The notes under the pieces were generated by a model. It saw nothing but the letters and a program-made list of their open reading frames with translations. It had not been told where the DNA came from and did not search any database. From positions 38,006,001 through 38,070,000 of the forward strand of contig CM126225.1 of NCBI GenBank assembly GCA_052327205.1: a stretch of 64,000 nt of DNA, written 5' to 3'. Position 1 is the stretch's first letter, and every line of letters begins with the position of its first letter. This DNA is from Somniosus microcephalus (taxonomy: Eukaryota). This document shows, one piece after another, positions 1 through 12,881 of this stretch. The position numbers were made by a program, and so were the translations under genes.

Positions 1-2994
1 GGAGAAATTGGAGGAGGAAAAAAAAAGCAATGGGCAAAATGTAAACAAATAAATTGGTTTGGGCTAGACAGAAAGAATGACCAATCTATGCATGCGCACA
101 CACACAAAATGTACAATTTTTTCTTAAAATGTTCCTAATGGAGAATATTTTTGGTTTTATATATATAAATTCATTCATAAATTAAGCTTTATAACAATTG
201 CCTATTGAAATGTATAGAAGTCATGTTTTTCAAGTGGATATTCGCAAACATATGTGAATTTTAAAACCGGCAAGAACAACATTCACTGATTGGAAGGCTA
301 ATGACAATGCACAGCTGGGTGTCTGTCATGTGTGCAGACCCATCACTATTGTTCAGAGTCTCCAAACCAAACTAAGTACACCTTCCATTGACCCGATACG
401 GAGTGAACATTGGCATACTCCACTTATCTAAGCCCAGAGGACTTGGGTGCAGGCTGGAAAAAGCTATGGCTTGGGGATTTCCAAGTGTGAAAGGGCACTG
501 GCAAAGTTTAACCAGACAGAAATGCACAGCTCTCCAGAACAGAGCTTACCCATCTAGGACCAAACTAACTGTTGGTAACCCAGCAAGCCAAGGCCCTAAG
601 AACTGAGTCAGAACATTCCCAGCCCCCAGTGACAGATCTACCCCTCCAGGTCCCACCAATGAGCCAATTATTGATAGTGACCTGGAGTACTGTGGAGCTG
701 CCTGGATTACTGAGTCTGTCACAGAGGATCAACTAATTCCAACCTCCCATCACCAGTTATGTAATCTTGGAGTCAACGCAACCCAATGAGGATAGTCACC
801 AGTTGGTCAACAACTAATGAGAGCATGTTGGAACTTTATCACCTGGTTAAACTGGCTTCCATTGTCCAGAACCCAGGCACTGCTATATCTGTTCTCGTTG
901 CACCTGAATTAGATTTCATAATTCAGGCCAGTTACAAATTTGGGGACTGCACAGCATGTAACAATATTTGTGTTATGCCCATCTTTGTGCAATGCATCCT
1001 GGAGCACAGAATCATGAGCCCACACAGGTTTGTAGCTGTGCTGCAGCTGAACATTTCCAAAATCTGGAACCTAAACCAACTTATTGTGGCAGTTTTTTGG
1101 GCTCTGGTCTTGACCAGCTCAGGAGCAAACCCTGTATTTTAAACTACTTTTCAAATCTAATTTCAGATCATTTTAGTACTGTTCTAATACCAAAATGAAT
1201 TAGAGTCTTACTTTGACTAGATTATTTGAGCTATGATACATGTTTGAGACACCTTTCCAAAAAAACCTACAAGCCAGCTAGCTGCCTGTTGCTGTAAATC
1301 CTAATGCCTAATTTGAGTACTGCTGTTAAAATGGGACATGAGGCTTTTGTTCAAAATGTACTGTAGCCAGGTCTTGCATTTTACGCCTGTCCAAACTCCA
1401 GCTTTAGTATTTCTCTCTCTCTTCCATATCTGATAAGACTTGTGCTTATTTTTTTCCTGAAGGAGTGACAGAGCATGAATCCAGCGCACTAACTGGAATG
1501 TTGACAGTATATTCTATTAAGGTCAGATTGCTGAGTGCTAGCTCTCTCCAACATAAACATCAGTTCACTTGAGTTCAGCAGACAACATTGCAGATGCTCA
1601 TCTGGTTGTGAGTGATTTTCATCAAAAAAAAAGAAAAGCTCAACTTTGATATATTTGGGTAATTTATTATTTTTTCAGAAGAGGGGGCAAACGGTTTTTA
1701 AATATTCCTGGGGTCCACATCTGGAAGTAATTTTCTACATTCCAAAAGGATTACCACATGCTCTGTGATGAATTGGATTTGACTGATTGTTCGGACTGAC
1801 AGGTTTGAATAATGTTAAGAGAGAAAAGTATTTACAGTTTTTAATGGCTTTGAACTGTACCCGGAGATCCAAGCCAGGGAGAATTTATCACTGCTGTTGG
1901 TACATTTATAATTCACATAGAACTTTATCCGTGCTTCAGACAATGCAGTGCATGTTTCCTATTCAGACAGGGCGGGTTGCAGTGGAAACTGTTAACCCGT
2001 TGTTGCTGAAGATTCTTTGCAGCACTCGAAGCTCTCATTTTCTGTCATACAACTAAATGATTTTTTTGTTAAAAAAAAAAAATTATAATGTATATATTTT
2101 TTTGATTCTTCAGTGTTAGTTAAGCATAAAATGAGTGTTCTGAGAGATTTTGGAGTGGGTATACAAATACTTATTAAATTAGCCCCCCACCCTTGTCAAA
2201 AAAAATGTACCGAGTAAAGTTTCCCCTCACTTCTTGAGTCAGGGAAAAGAATGCGGTTTTAACTATATTTTTTTAAAGATTCAGCTGATGTGGGATGGAG
2301 TCCTCATCTTTATATTTTTTCCAAGGTGGCCATTTTTCCTATTAAATGGGATTTTCCGATGAGCGGGTTTGAATATGAGGTGGAGTGCAAACTAGTTTTA
2401 ACAAATCTGATCGGGGCCAAGAGTGAATTTTAACTCATCCCTTGATGTGCTGCCTGCAGTTTTGTTTGACTTTCTGTACGGGATTGGGATAGGGCTGGTG
2501 CAGTAAAAGCAAACATATAAAAAATTGGTAAACATGGTGAGTCGGTTAAAAAGGGTTTAAGTAGGATTGGCTCAATGAACTGCTGCCAGATTCTTTACTG
2601 AAGGTTGGTCCTTTTGGAATGTATTGAAATTGGGGAATAATCCATCACATAGCATTAGAGTTCTTGGCTTAAGTAGTAGTTGTTATTGATTTGTCAATTG
2701 CTTGTTGGTACAAGGTAAGCAGCTGGCTTAAGTAGCCAGTATTGTGTATGTACATAACAAACAGAAGACTTCCCCTGTGGGGATGGGCTAAAGTGTTGCA
2801 TTTTACCGATAGTTGGGTTCACATAAGTGAATATTTAAATAAATAGCATTGATAATCTAAGTCCACTATCTGCCAATCATTCACTACTGTTAATGGAACA
2901 ATTTTACTTGTTTACCCCTCAAAATGAATTTTAAAAATTTCCATGGTTATATATTTTACCAGGTTTCCACCTCAAATTCTTGGTTACCTGTTAT

Positions 2995-4020
2995 ACAACA
3001 ACAACTTGCATTTATATAGCACCTTTAACGTAGAAAAATGCCTTAAAGTGCTTCCCAGAGGTTAAATCAAAAGTTGAACGGTGAGCCAAGGAAGGAGATA
3101 TTAGAAGGGGTGAACAAAAGCTTTGTCAAAAGAGGTGGGCTTTAAAAGGATTCATAAAGGAGGAGCGGGTGGTGGACAGGAGGAGGTGGTTTAGGAAAAG
3201 AATTCCAGAGTGTGGGGCCTAAGCAGCTCAAGGCACGGCTGCCAATAATGGGGCAAAGGAAGGGGAGAATCCACACGAGGCCAGAACCAGAGAAGTGGAA
3301 AGTTCGGGTGGGGTTGTAATGCTGGAGAATATTACAGAGATAGGGAGGGGTAAGGCCATGAAGGGACTTAAACTCGAGGCGCATAATAAATTTGATGCAT
3401 TGTTGGACTGGGAGTCTATGTAGGCCAACGTTAACAGGACTGATGAGTGACTAGGATTTGGTGCAAGATAGGATATGGGAAGCAGATTATTGAATGAGCT
3501 GAAGTCTACGATAAATGGAGGATGGGAGGTTGCTTAGGAGAGCATTGGAATAGTTGAGTCTCGAGGTGAAAAAGGTGTGGATGAGGGTTTCAGCAGCAGA
3601 TGGGCTGAGGTAGGGCAGAGGCGTGCGATGTTACAGAGATGTAAGTAGGCAGTCTTTGTGATGGAGTAGGCAGCCTTTGTGATGGAGAGGACATAGAGTT
3701 GGAAATTCAGCTTGGAGTTGAGTAGGATGCTGAGATCGCGAATATTCAGGTTCAGTCGGAGACATTGGCTGGGGCGAGGGATTGAATAGGTAAGCAAGGG
3801 AAATCCCCCTGACATGGGACAATCAAGGAAAGACATTGGATGACGATGGTACGTTTGACTGTGTCAGAGAGGACGAGGAGAGATAATACGCCATAGTCAC
3901 AGAGAATGTCATTTGTGACTTTGATTAGGGTCATTTCTGTGCTGTGGCAAGGGTCCAAACCTGATTGCAGAGATCCAGACAGGGAGTTGCAGGAGAGACG
4001 GACAAAGATTTGGGAGAAGA
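2995..4020 (-). mobile_element. L2-clade LINE, degenerate 3' fragment
   Basis: Left end is the reverse complement of the L2 tail (acaacaacttgcatttatatagcacctttaacgtag). Minus-strand ORF remnants FKSLHGLTPPYL, GSRALSCLGPTLWNSFP and HSTEMTLIKVTND are typical of L2 ORF2. Confidence 0.85.
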
Positions 4021-5494
4021 CTTCAGTAATTTCAAAAATCTTCTAGATGAAAGCAAGATAAATGTAATTAAAACATTAAAAGATTTTGCCTTCTGGCATT
4101 CATCTATTATAGTGAAAAGTGTACAAGAAACTGCACAGCAAAGACTTCCTTGTAATACTTTTCCATGAATTCCTTAACTCATTGAATAAAATGCTATCAA
4201 GGTAAACTATTCACATAACAGGAATTCACTATCTCCAGCTTTACTGTCTTGGATGTGTTGCTTTAATTTTTGTGTGTACAGAAACAGCGCTGTTCTTTTA
4301 AAAATCTTATGCCTCCTATTCCTTTTAAGATTCATAATTTCTCCTGATCAGCGTTAGTTACTTGAATATTAAAGGAGAATACTCACTATACAAGTACTTC
4401 ATTAGCGCTTGATGTGTTCCATGTGATTTTTATGTTTACGTAATACACTCTTGTTAGGCAGCTGCATTTGTAGATCTCCTCCCCAGAGACATCCATTTCT
4501 TGCATTTAAGGGACTCTACTCTGGTTTCTTCAGCCAAAGAGACCCCAGTGGAGAACATCCACTCCTCAGCATTGCTATTCTCTTTGGTTTGCTTTTAGGC
4601 AGACTGTAAGTTATAACAACAACAACTTGTATTTATATAGTATCTTTAGCATAATAAAACGTCCCAAAGTGCTTCACAGGAGTATTATAAGACAAAAAAA
4701 TGACTGAGTTATCATCTATTTTTGTTCTGGTTTACTTTCAAATTCAGACCCTGCTGTGGTTCTAACAAACATGGGCAAAACTCAACAAGCTCTCTATTTA
4801 AAAAAAAAACAAAAAGGTAAAAAAAAACAGTTCCTAATGGATCTGGAAGCAGATCAAATATGTTGTTAATAATGTGGCCCTCGGGTCTTCCCTTGGCAGA
4901 ACTCTCAGGGACTTATCTTCTCAACATCTTCATCCAGGAAATAGGCACCTTCTGGGCTGTACAGAGGGTGAGAGGAGTCCTTGATTTTCTAACCAAATAT
5001 ATTAGATGAGTAAAATAAACTAGCCTCTAGGACATATTGAGGGCTAGGTGCTTCATATTTAACTAACAACTTCATCACCTACACTTTTCAGTGGCTTTAC
5101 TGTTACAAAATTTACAGAAAAAAATAAAACTAATAAACTTCAGACATTTTAAGTTGCAGACAATTAGTTGAGATACTAAATTTTGAGCCTCCAACTTAAT
5201 ACCTGATCGTTGGGGTGTGGATGGGGTAAAATTGCTTTTTGGTGCCATGTTTGATTAAACTTTGCTGTTGAAAATGAAATTATTTTCTTGCAAAAATGTT
5301 TCAATGTCAAACACAGTAGGCTTTAAACAACTTCACAAAATATTATCACAGCTGAGTTTATTGCAGCAAGAATATTGAAATGCTATAGAGAGGAGCAATA
5401 ATAACATAGCATATGGTTTATAAAAGAAATTAAATGACTTTTAGTTGTATAGAATTTCATTTGAGGAAGAAACAAAACTAGCAAAACTACTTGA

Positions 5495-6259
5495 GGGCTT
5501 GACAGGGTAGATGCTGAGAGGCTGTGTCCCTTGGCTGGAGAGTCTAGGACTAGGGAACATAGTCCCAGTGTAAGGAGTTGGCCATTTAGGACTGAGATGA
5601 GGAGAAATCTCTTCACTCAGAAGGTTGTAAATCTTTGGAATTCTTTACCCAAGAGGGCTGTGGATGCTCAGTTGATGAGTACAGGAAACTCTTTGGTAGA
5701 CGGGACCGGCGTGTTGCCGGTTGATTTTAAAATTCCGGATGGCGGAGAGGGTTATCTACCGAGGCTATTTTTAACAAAGAAAAATAAAAAAATCAAGAAA
5801 TGTGCAGTATACAGTAATTGGGTACTCACCTACAGAATGTTGTGTTAGAGACTGCCGGCAGCGCGGGAGAGTCAGACTCCTGTTATTGAGGTGTTCCAAC
5901 TTCTGACAGCGCCAAGAAGCCAAGTAGTGGCAGTTTGTAGAACTACCCCCACTGACTAACTCGGCCACCGCGGGAGACTCGGACTCGGCAACATTGCTGG
6001 TTATTGAGGTGTTGTTTTCGGAGTATGAATTTTGCCAGTTAATAGAGAATTCCGGATATTTAGGGGCTGTTTAAATGAGAGTTTCCTGTATATTCAAGAC
6101 AGATTGATAGATTTTTGGACTCTAAGGAAATCAAGGGACATGGGGATCAGGCAGGAAAGTGGAGTTGAGGTGGAAGATCAGCCATGATCTTATTGAATGG
6201 CGGAGCAGGCTCGCAGGGCCGTATGTCCTACTCCTGCTCCTATTTCTTATGTTCTTATG
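5495..6259 (+). mobile_element. CR1 LINE 3' fragment, interrupted by a MITE
   Basis: Encodes GESRTREHS...FRTEMRRNLFTQKVVNLWNSLP. Resumes after the MITE at 6089 and ends in the tail ...cctactcctgctcctatttcttatgttcttatg. Confidence 0.85.
5682..6088. mobile_element. Tc1/mariner-type (pogo/Tigger-like) MITE with CAGGAAACT ends
   Basis: TA|caggaaactct...agagtttcctg|TA. Splits the CR1 at gagTAtattcaag. Confidence 0.8.
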
Positions 6260-6289
6260 CTGCTGCTTTGTTAGTGACAAATAGCATTG

Positions 6290-6590
6290 CCTGATATGAC
6301 ACTGAGTGACGCAGACTAGCAAGATTCTAGGTTTGTTCTGTGGTCTGCATTGAGGCAGCTGATCTTGGCTAACTGGCAGAAATTGGTTTGCTACAGTTGA
6401 CGTCACCTGGGCTAGGGAGGAGAAAAATAATTCAAGGTTCTCATTCATGATTGATATTCAGGATGCCTGCTGGAAGATGCGTGTAGGTAGGTATCCAGTG
6501 AGAACAGGCTCGAACTTGGCTGAAATGCCCTTCATAGGCTTGAAGCAGGAAGAATGGCCACTTGGGAGATGTACAGGAGTGCTGCTATTA
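6290..6590 (+). mobile_element. Old tRNA-derived SINE, unnamed family 'B'
   Basis: Shares the blocks agctgatct..ggctagggagg..aaaa..cctgctggaa..gaagaatggccacttggg with copies near 9880, 11270, 12070-12400(-), 25370, 28770, 31040-31400(-), 36400-36720(-), 48820-49160(-), 54372 and 60965. Confidence 0.65.
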
Positions 6591-7699
6591 TCTGAGTCAA
6601 ATATCAATACACTGAATTAAAAATACATCTCCAGGGGATCCAGGTACTTTATTTTGTTTTACTTTTCAAATAAAATGTAGGTCAAAGTTAAAAAGATGAA
6701 GTGAGAAGCACTACCTATGGCTTATTGCCACTTCTCTCTGGGATCAATTTGGGATTGGAATTTATTTTCATGTTATAGCAGTTACTTAGGGGAGGGGACT
6801 GTATGGACTGCCAATTTTTTTTGGAAAAAGATTTCAGCACTGGATTTACACTAGTTTCTGGAGCGACTCCAGTGCATTTCGGTCTGGATACTGCTGAGGT
6901 CAGGACTGAGTTCTGCTAAATTTACAGAACTTGGCCTAAACAGTGGGCTTGCATGGGTATACAAGACAGTAGGACCACTGCATCTCTCTGGCATTCCTTG
7001 TTAACTGAAAACAAATGGTGTAGATAGACGTAAGATTCTGTGTTCATTCTGGACTCCGAGATTTACATCTGAGTATAAAACAATGCTTCAATGCCCAAGT
7101 CATTTGGAAATAAAACAGTGGCTATAGCAACGAGTTTCTGGCTTTGAAGTACACATGAGTTTGATATGAACATGATACTTTATGATTTACTCCAGGGTTA
7201 TATCCATATTAAAATTGCTCATGTCAAACTTATACATGGAGGGGAGGGGGTGGTAACATTTCCACAAGACTGACAGCCTTGTATGAGGATTATCGCCTGT
7301 GATTCCTGTGCAGAATTGACCATTGCTTGGTGAATGAGTGTTATTGTGTACTTTGCTTGCTCACTTGTGGCACAGAAAGGTTTTTCCATTCTAACTGTGC
7401 TCTCAGCAGCCACCAAAGTACATTTGTTAGACATTTGACCTTGTTGCAGTTGCCTTTGGCTATACCCTGTTTTTACGCTGTTGTATACAAAAGATAACGT
7501 GTAAAATGTAACCATAGTGCTGATCACCTTTCAATTACAGATAGGTGATTCTGATTATTGTTTTAACCTAAAGGGGTTCTTATAAAATGTAGGTTTCAGC
7601 TGATAGAGACTCTCTGTAATGCAATGCTCTTTGCTGTGCTGTACTGTACTGAGTGGAAATACATCGAGTGTGAGCACTGTTGTCATTTCTCTGAGCTAA

Positions 7700-7900
7700 A
7701 AAAAGACAAAAGAAAGACTTGCATTTATATAGCGCCTTTCATGACCTCAGGACGTCCCAAAGCGCTTTACAGACAATGAAGTACTTTTGAAGTGTAGTCA
7801 CTGTTGTAGTGTGGGAAATGCAGCAGCCAATTTGCGCACAGCAAGCTCCCACAAACAGCAATGTGATAATGACCAGATAATCTGTTTTAATGCTGTTGAT
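7700..7900 (-). mobile_element. Deu-domain SINE (SacSINE1-like), 3' fragment
   Basis: Nearly identical to 26781-26975 (aaagacttgcatttatatagcgcctttc...gcagccaatttgcgcacagcaagctcccac). Confidence 0.8.
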
Positions 7901-8204
7901 TTGTTTTCTACAACTTGGCCCTAGTTTTACTAACGTTTTCTCCTTTTTGGTTCCCTGTGCTTGCTCCATCCTCTGGCTGAGAGTGGACAGCGGAACAGTT
8001 CCCAAGCCTCTATTGATGCTTCTATCAGCCTAGTGCTAGGAGGTGGGTAAGAGCAACCAAGTGTGACTCACCCACTTTTTTTTCCCTTCTCTTCCTCCCT
8101 TGGAGAAACACCTAGCCCTGATGCCATGCCCAAGATTAGGAACTCATCCCTGGGAAGTGGCAAATGCAAACTGTTCTATTATTGGAGCACATATTATTGG
8201 ATGT

Positions 8205-9234
8205 TGCGGTGATTTGAAGGTCAATCATCACAGCCCCAGGATATCGCTGCAGGAGTTCCTCAAGGCAGTGTCCTAGGCCCAACCATCTTCAGCTGCTTCA
8301 TCAATGACCTTCCCGCCAACATAAGGTCAGAAATGGGGATGTTCGCTGATGACTGCACAGTGTTCAGTGCCATTCACAACTCCTCAGATAATGAAGCAGT
8401 CCATGCCCGCATGCACCAAGACCTGGACGGCGTTCAGGCTTGGGTTGATAAGTGGCAGGTAACATTCGCGCCACAGAAGTGCCAGGCAATGACTATCTCC
8501 AACAAACGAGAGTCTAACCACTGCCCCTTGACATTCAATGGCATTACCATCGCCGAACCCCCACCATCAACATCCTGGGGGGGTCACCATTGACCAGAAA
8601 CTTAATTGGACCAACCACATAAATACTGTGGCAACAAAAGCAGGTCAGAGGCTAGGTATTCTGTGGCGAGTGTCTCACCTCCTGACTCCCCAAAGCCTTT
8701 CTACCATCTACAAGGAACAAGTCAGGAGTGTGATGGAATACTCTCCACTTGCCTGGATGAGTGCCGCTCCAACAACACTCAAGAAGCTCGACACCATTCA
8801 GGACAAAGCAACCCGCTTGATTGACACCCCATGCACCACCTTAACCATTCACTCCCTCCACCACCGGCGTACCGTGGCTGCAGTGTATACCATCTACAAG
8901 ATGCACTGCAGCAACTCGCCAAGGCTTCTTCAGCAGCACCTCCCAAAACCGCGACCTCTTCCACTTAGAAGGACAAGGGCAGCAGGTGCATGGGAACACC
9001 ACCACCTCCAAGTTACACACCATCCTGACTTAGAAGTATATCGCCGACCCTTCATCGTCACTGGGTCAATATCCTGGAACTCCCTACCTAACAGCATTGT
9101 GGGAGTACCTTCACCACATGGACTGCAGCGGTTCAAGAAGGCGGCTCACCACCACCTCGAGGGCAATTAGGGATAGGCAATAAATGCTGGCCTTGCCAGC
9201 GACGCCCACATCCCAAGAACGAATTTAAAAAAAA
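8205..9234 (+). mobile_element. CR1-clade LINE, 5'-truncated; RT C-terminal part with frameshifts
   Basis: AGVPQGSVLGPTIFSCFINDL, MFADD, WVDKWQVTF, IYKEQVRSVMEYSPLAW, WNSLP. Ends with aataaatgctggccttgccagcgacgcccacatccc plus an A tract. Confidence 0.92.
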
Positions 9235-12200
9235 TGTTTTTTTACTACATATTGTGCCATTTCCTTAAAATTAGAATAGAAACCCACTACAGTTACCGTG
9301 TATAATAATCGGACTTGATTGATGAGGAAAAACATTAACATTTATAATTAACATACAGTTTGGCTCTTCCTTTGCTATTTCAGACTTGCTGCTGTTAGGT
9401 TTCTTAGATTGTAGCATTCCATCAAGAGAATCCGCCTTAAACACTGAAAGCACTCGATTAACAGTGATAATGAGTGTCTATGTGCATGTCTAGCATTTGC
9501 TTTCACATGCCAACATGAGTTTAGTGCTCTGCTTCATCCTTTTTCAAAACCAACACTGAAGCGCAAAACCAAAAGTTTATGTTCGCTTTCATATTTATCA
9601 AAGAACAAAGTGTACTAAAGACTCCTGAATAACAGCCTATGTGCACTGGGTGATTGCTCGTGCGATTGATCGTCCTGCCATTTTACAGGGTATACGTGAC
9701 AAGTGAGTGCTGGAGCTTGCAGAATGCTGTATAGTGGTGGAAGGGTGGCAATGGGTGGAAGGGTGGCAATTCAACCAAGTAACATTCTAACAGTTTCCAT
9801 GTGTACAACACAGCATGAATTAAATTGAGTATTTTTCAATCTCCAGTTTTTGAATCTGCGTTTTATCAGCTGCCCCACTGAGTTAATGGGTAAATGCACT
9901 CCCTGGTGTTATATTGAGCCATATGGATCAAAAGGTCCCAGGTTTGATCTCCAGTCTGTGCTAAATTAGCTGAGATCATCTGGGGTAGTAGCTTGGATGC
10001 TGCAATTAGTCTTGAGCACTTCTGGTCTGGTTAGGGGAAAGAAATCAGCCAGCGCTTCCACTCCTGATTGTTACCAATTACAAGAAGTTGTATTTGTATA
10101 GCACCTTTAATGTAATAAATGTCCCAAGACGCTTCACAACAGGAAAGACAAACTAAGCAGTAGAGAATTTCTAAGACACATTCAATAAGATAGTTGTGAC
10201 ATTTTTAAAAGTAGGGGGAGAGTTCCAGAAGATGAGGACCAAGACGGCCGAAAACTGTGCCACCAAATGAGGAATGCTGGCCGGGAGTGGGGGATGAGAA
10301 TCAAGTTGGTTTGTGTATCTCCCCCCTCCTTCATCTGGTTGAATGCAGACATACGCTGATGCTGTTCAGGCTCACACATAAGGAATTGACACTTGGTCGA
10401 AGTTCTAGAAGCATGCCCATGGAATTGTGTACTCGCACAAATAAGTGACTTCAGCAGAGTAGGAGGAGAAAATTGGAGGGAAAAGAATCACCATTTTATT
10501 AGACAATGTTTCATGTCCTACAATCTATTTTTGTAATTTTCGATGCTGAATACAATTGAAGTGGGATTTCATGTGGAAGACTGCAATTTTTCACTGTTTT
10601 CTACATAAAAGAAAACTTTTTTAGATTTAGTGCAAAAATTCCTGTAATGGAGTTTGAAAGGATTCCATATCTGGCGGAGGGCTTCTTTTTATTGGTACTG
10701 ATTTACAAATAAATTAGGGTAATCACCAAGTGTTGAAGGTGACGGTAGTTACATGGCAGCAGGTCTGATTACACTGACAGCTTTTTGTTTGAACTTGATA
10801 CAGGCAGGACCGGCATGACTTGCTATGTTACAATTTTGCTCCAGTCCACCTGCTTTCTTGGTCAACATGGCATCCTGTTTCTTCCCAATTCACGTGGAAA
10901 AGTATTCTCGAAACATTTTCTTCAGCGCGGGCAATTAGCCGAATTCCATTTGTCATAGATGTACAGTTAAAACGAGGTTTCTGTGATTAGTGTACCAGGG
11001 AGGTGCCTACACCTAGTGTACTGAATGTTTCTACCACTTTACAGAGCAAACCACACTTTCCATCATTTATATAAATCAGGTAGTAAAACTGTTGATTGTA
11101 CGCAGCAAAAATGTTTTCATGCACTATCTTGACGAAACTGAATCCTATTGTGTATTATTTTTAGTGCCGATGACATTCAGATGAATATGAGTCAGATGCA
11201 CGCAGTGCTGGCGAAATGTTATGAAGTTACTCACTGATTACTATATATATCCTGTCCGTGTTGAATTAGCCTAACTCAGCAAGGACGGTGGTAGAGACAC
11301 TAGAATTATCCTCAGTGCCTCTGGATTAGGGAAAGATAAATCAATCAGAGTTCCTGCTCCAGTGACCTTTCCAATCACCCCTGCCTGAAAGTTCACAAGT
11401 GCGAACAGGATCAGGCTTGGCTGAGATGTCTCTGTGGTTAAATAGTCTGCTGCCACTCAATATCAAGGTTCACACTTGAATGAGGTTCTGGATTTTGACC
11501 ATGCAGCAGCAAAGAATTGAGCACAAAAGAACTTGCATTTATATAGTGCCCTTAATGACCTCAGGATGTCCCAAAGAGAAGAGGTGACTAAATTTACTCT
11601 TCTGTTAGCAGCAATCCAGCCAGAGCTCTTCGTAGTTTAGTGGACCTCGTTGAATGGTACCAAGACGCACAGACCAGAAAGTCAATTTCTGTTTTCTTTA
11701 TTTGGAGAATTCACACTTTGGAGATAAGACACGCATTTCTTGCCGCGTTAATCTCTGCTTTTTTCAAGTGGCATATGTTAAAGTGAAGTTACATTTAATT
11801 GCTAGTAGTGAATTATGCACAGTAATTTAATAGTGGGCTAATGACATCACATAGTGCGGGAATGAAGCCCGAGTTGTTTCTGATCAGTAAAAACCAGAAA
11901 TTGAGTTGGAGTTCAAGGAATACTCCAGTTATTCTAAAGTTTTTGTCTAAAGGACCCAACTATCTGGAAACTCTCCACAAAATGATTGTTCAGAAAAGAC
12001 TATTATTTTCCAACCAAGCTTCCCAGATGGCAGGCAGACCCGGTCAGCAGAATTCGCACTATATTTCTTTTCCTTGTTTTTCTTTCAAATCAGTTTTATT
12101 TTCCTCTCCTGAAGGTGTAGATTCCCTTGAAGTTTATTTCCATGGGTGTTAAAGCATCCTCCACTACTCTTCCCCAAATGGCCATTCTTCCTGCATGTGT

Positions 12201-12706
12201 CTTGATGTGTCAACAACTGCGGGGGCATCACCGGCGAGCCTGGTGCTGTCCTCACCCACTGTCACACTTGCATGCACTTTCCAGCATGGGTCACTAAACA
12301 GTGGGGGGAAAAAGTGAAAGCCCTGCCCAATTTTCTATTCCCTAACCCAGGGAGGCAAATTCTAGGACCTCTACTAGTTACAACAGTGACTACACTTCAA
12401 AAAGTACTTTGTTGGCTGTAAAGCACTTTGAGACACCTGGTGGTCATGAAAGGCGCTATAGAAATGCAAGTCTGGCTGTCTTTCTTTCTTTACTGCCACC
12501 CTGGCACAAAACAGGAAACTTATCACACACCGGGGATCAAAACTGGGGCCTTTCAGATCTGTGTAGCTTCGTTGTGCTTCTATTGTACACTATAGAAACA
12601 TATTAATGTTGGAATTAATATAAAATGTGAGGGCAGTGGTATAATTTGAGCAGCTTTTTAAAGAGCTCATGACTTTCTGTCACTTTACATAGGACCGTGA
12701 CACTAT

Positions 12707-12881
12707 GGGGGTAATTTTACCCTAGCCCGCCAGGCAGGAAACTGACCCGATTGCGTCGAACGCCGGTTTTACACCCCACCCAAATTTGCTCTCCATTGAC
12801 TTCAGCGCTTAGGGTGTAAACCTGGCTTTCAACCCAATCCATTCAGTTTCCTGCCAGGTGGGTTATGTTAAAATTGCCCCC
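12707..12881. mobile_element. Palindromic MITE, PIF/Harbinger-like
   Basis: Inverted arms gggggtaattttaccctagcccgccaggcaggaaactga / tcagtttcctgccaggtgggttatgttaaaattgccccc, flanked by a 3-bp tat duplication. Confidence 0.7.

Noticed and set aside
388-1198. ORFs 388..606, 786..1142 and 968..1198 as host exons
   Set aside because: No recognisable domain, overlapping frames and no consistent splice signals.
1679-1726. 48-nt plus-strand coding exon (tttttcag|...|gtaatt)
   Set aside because: Splice signals are plausible but neither open frame matches anything I recognise; insufficient support.
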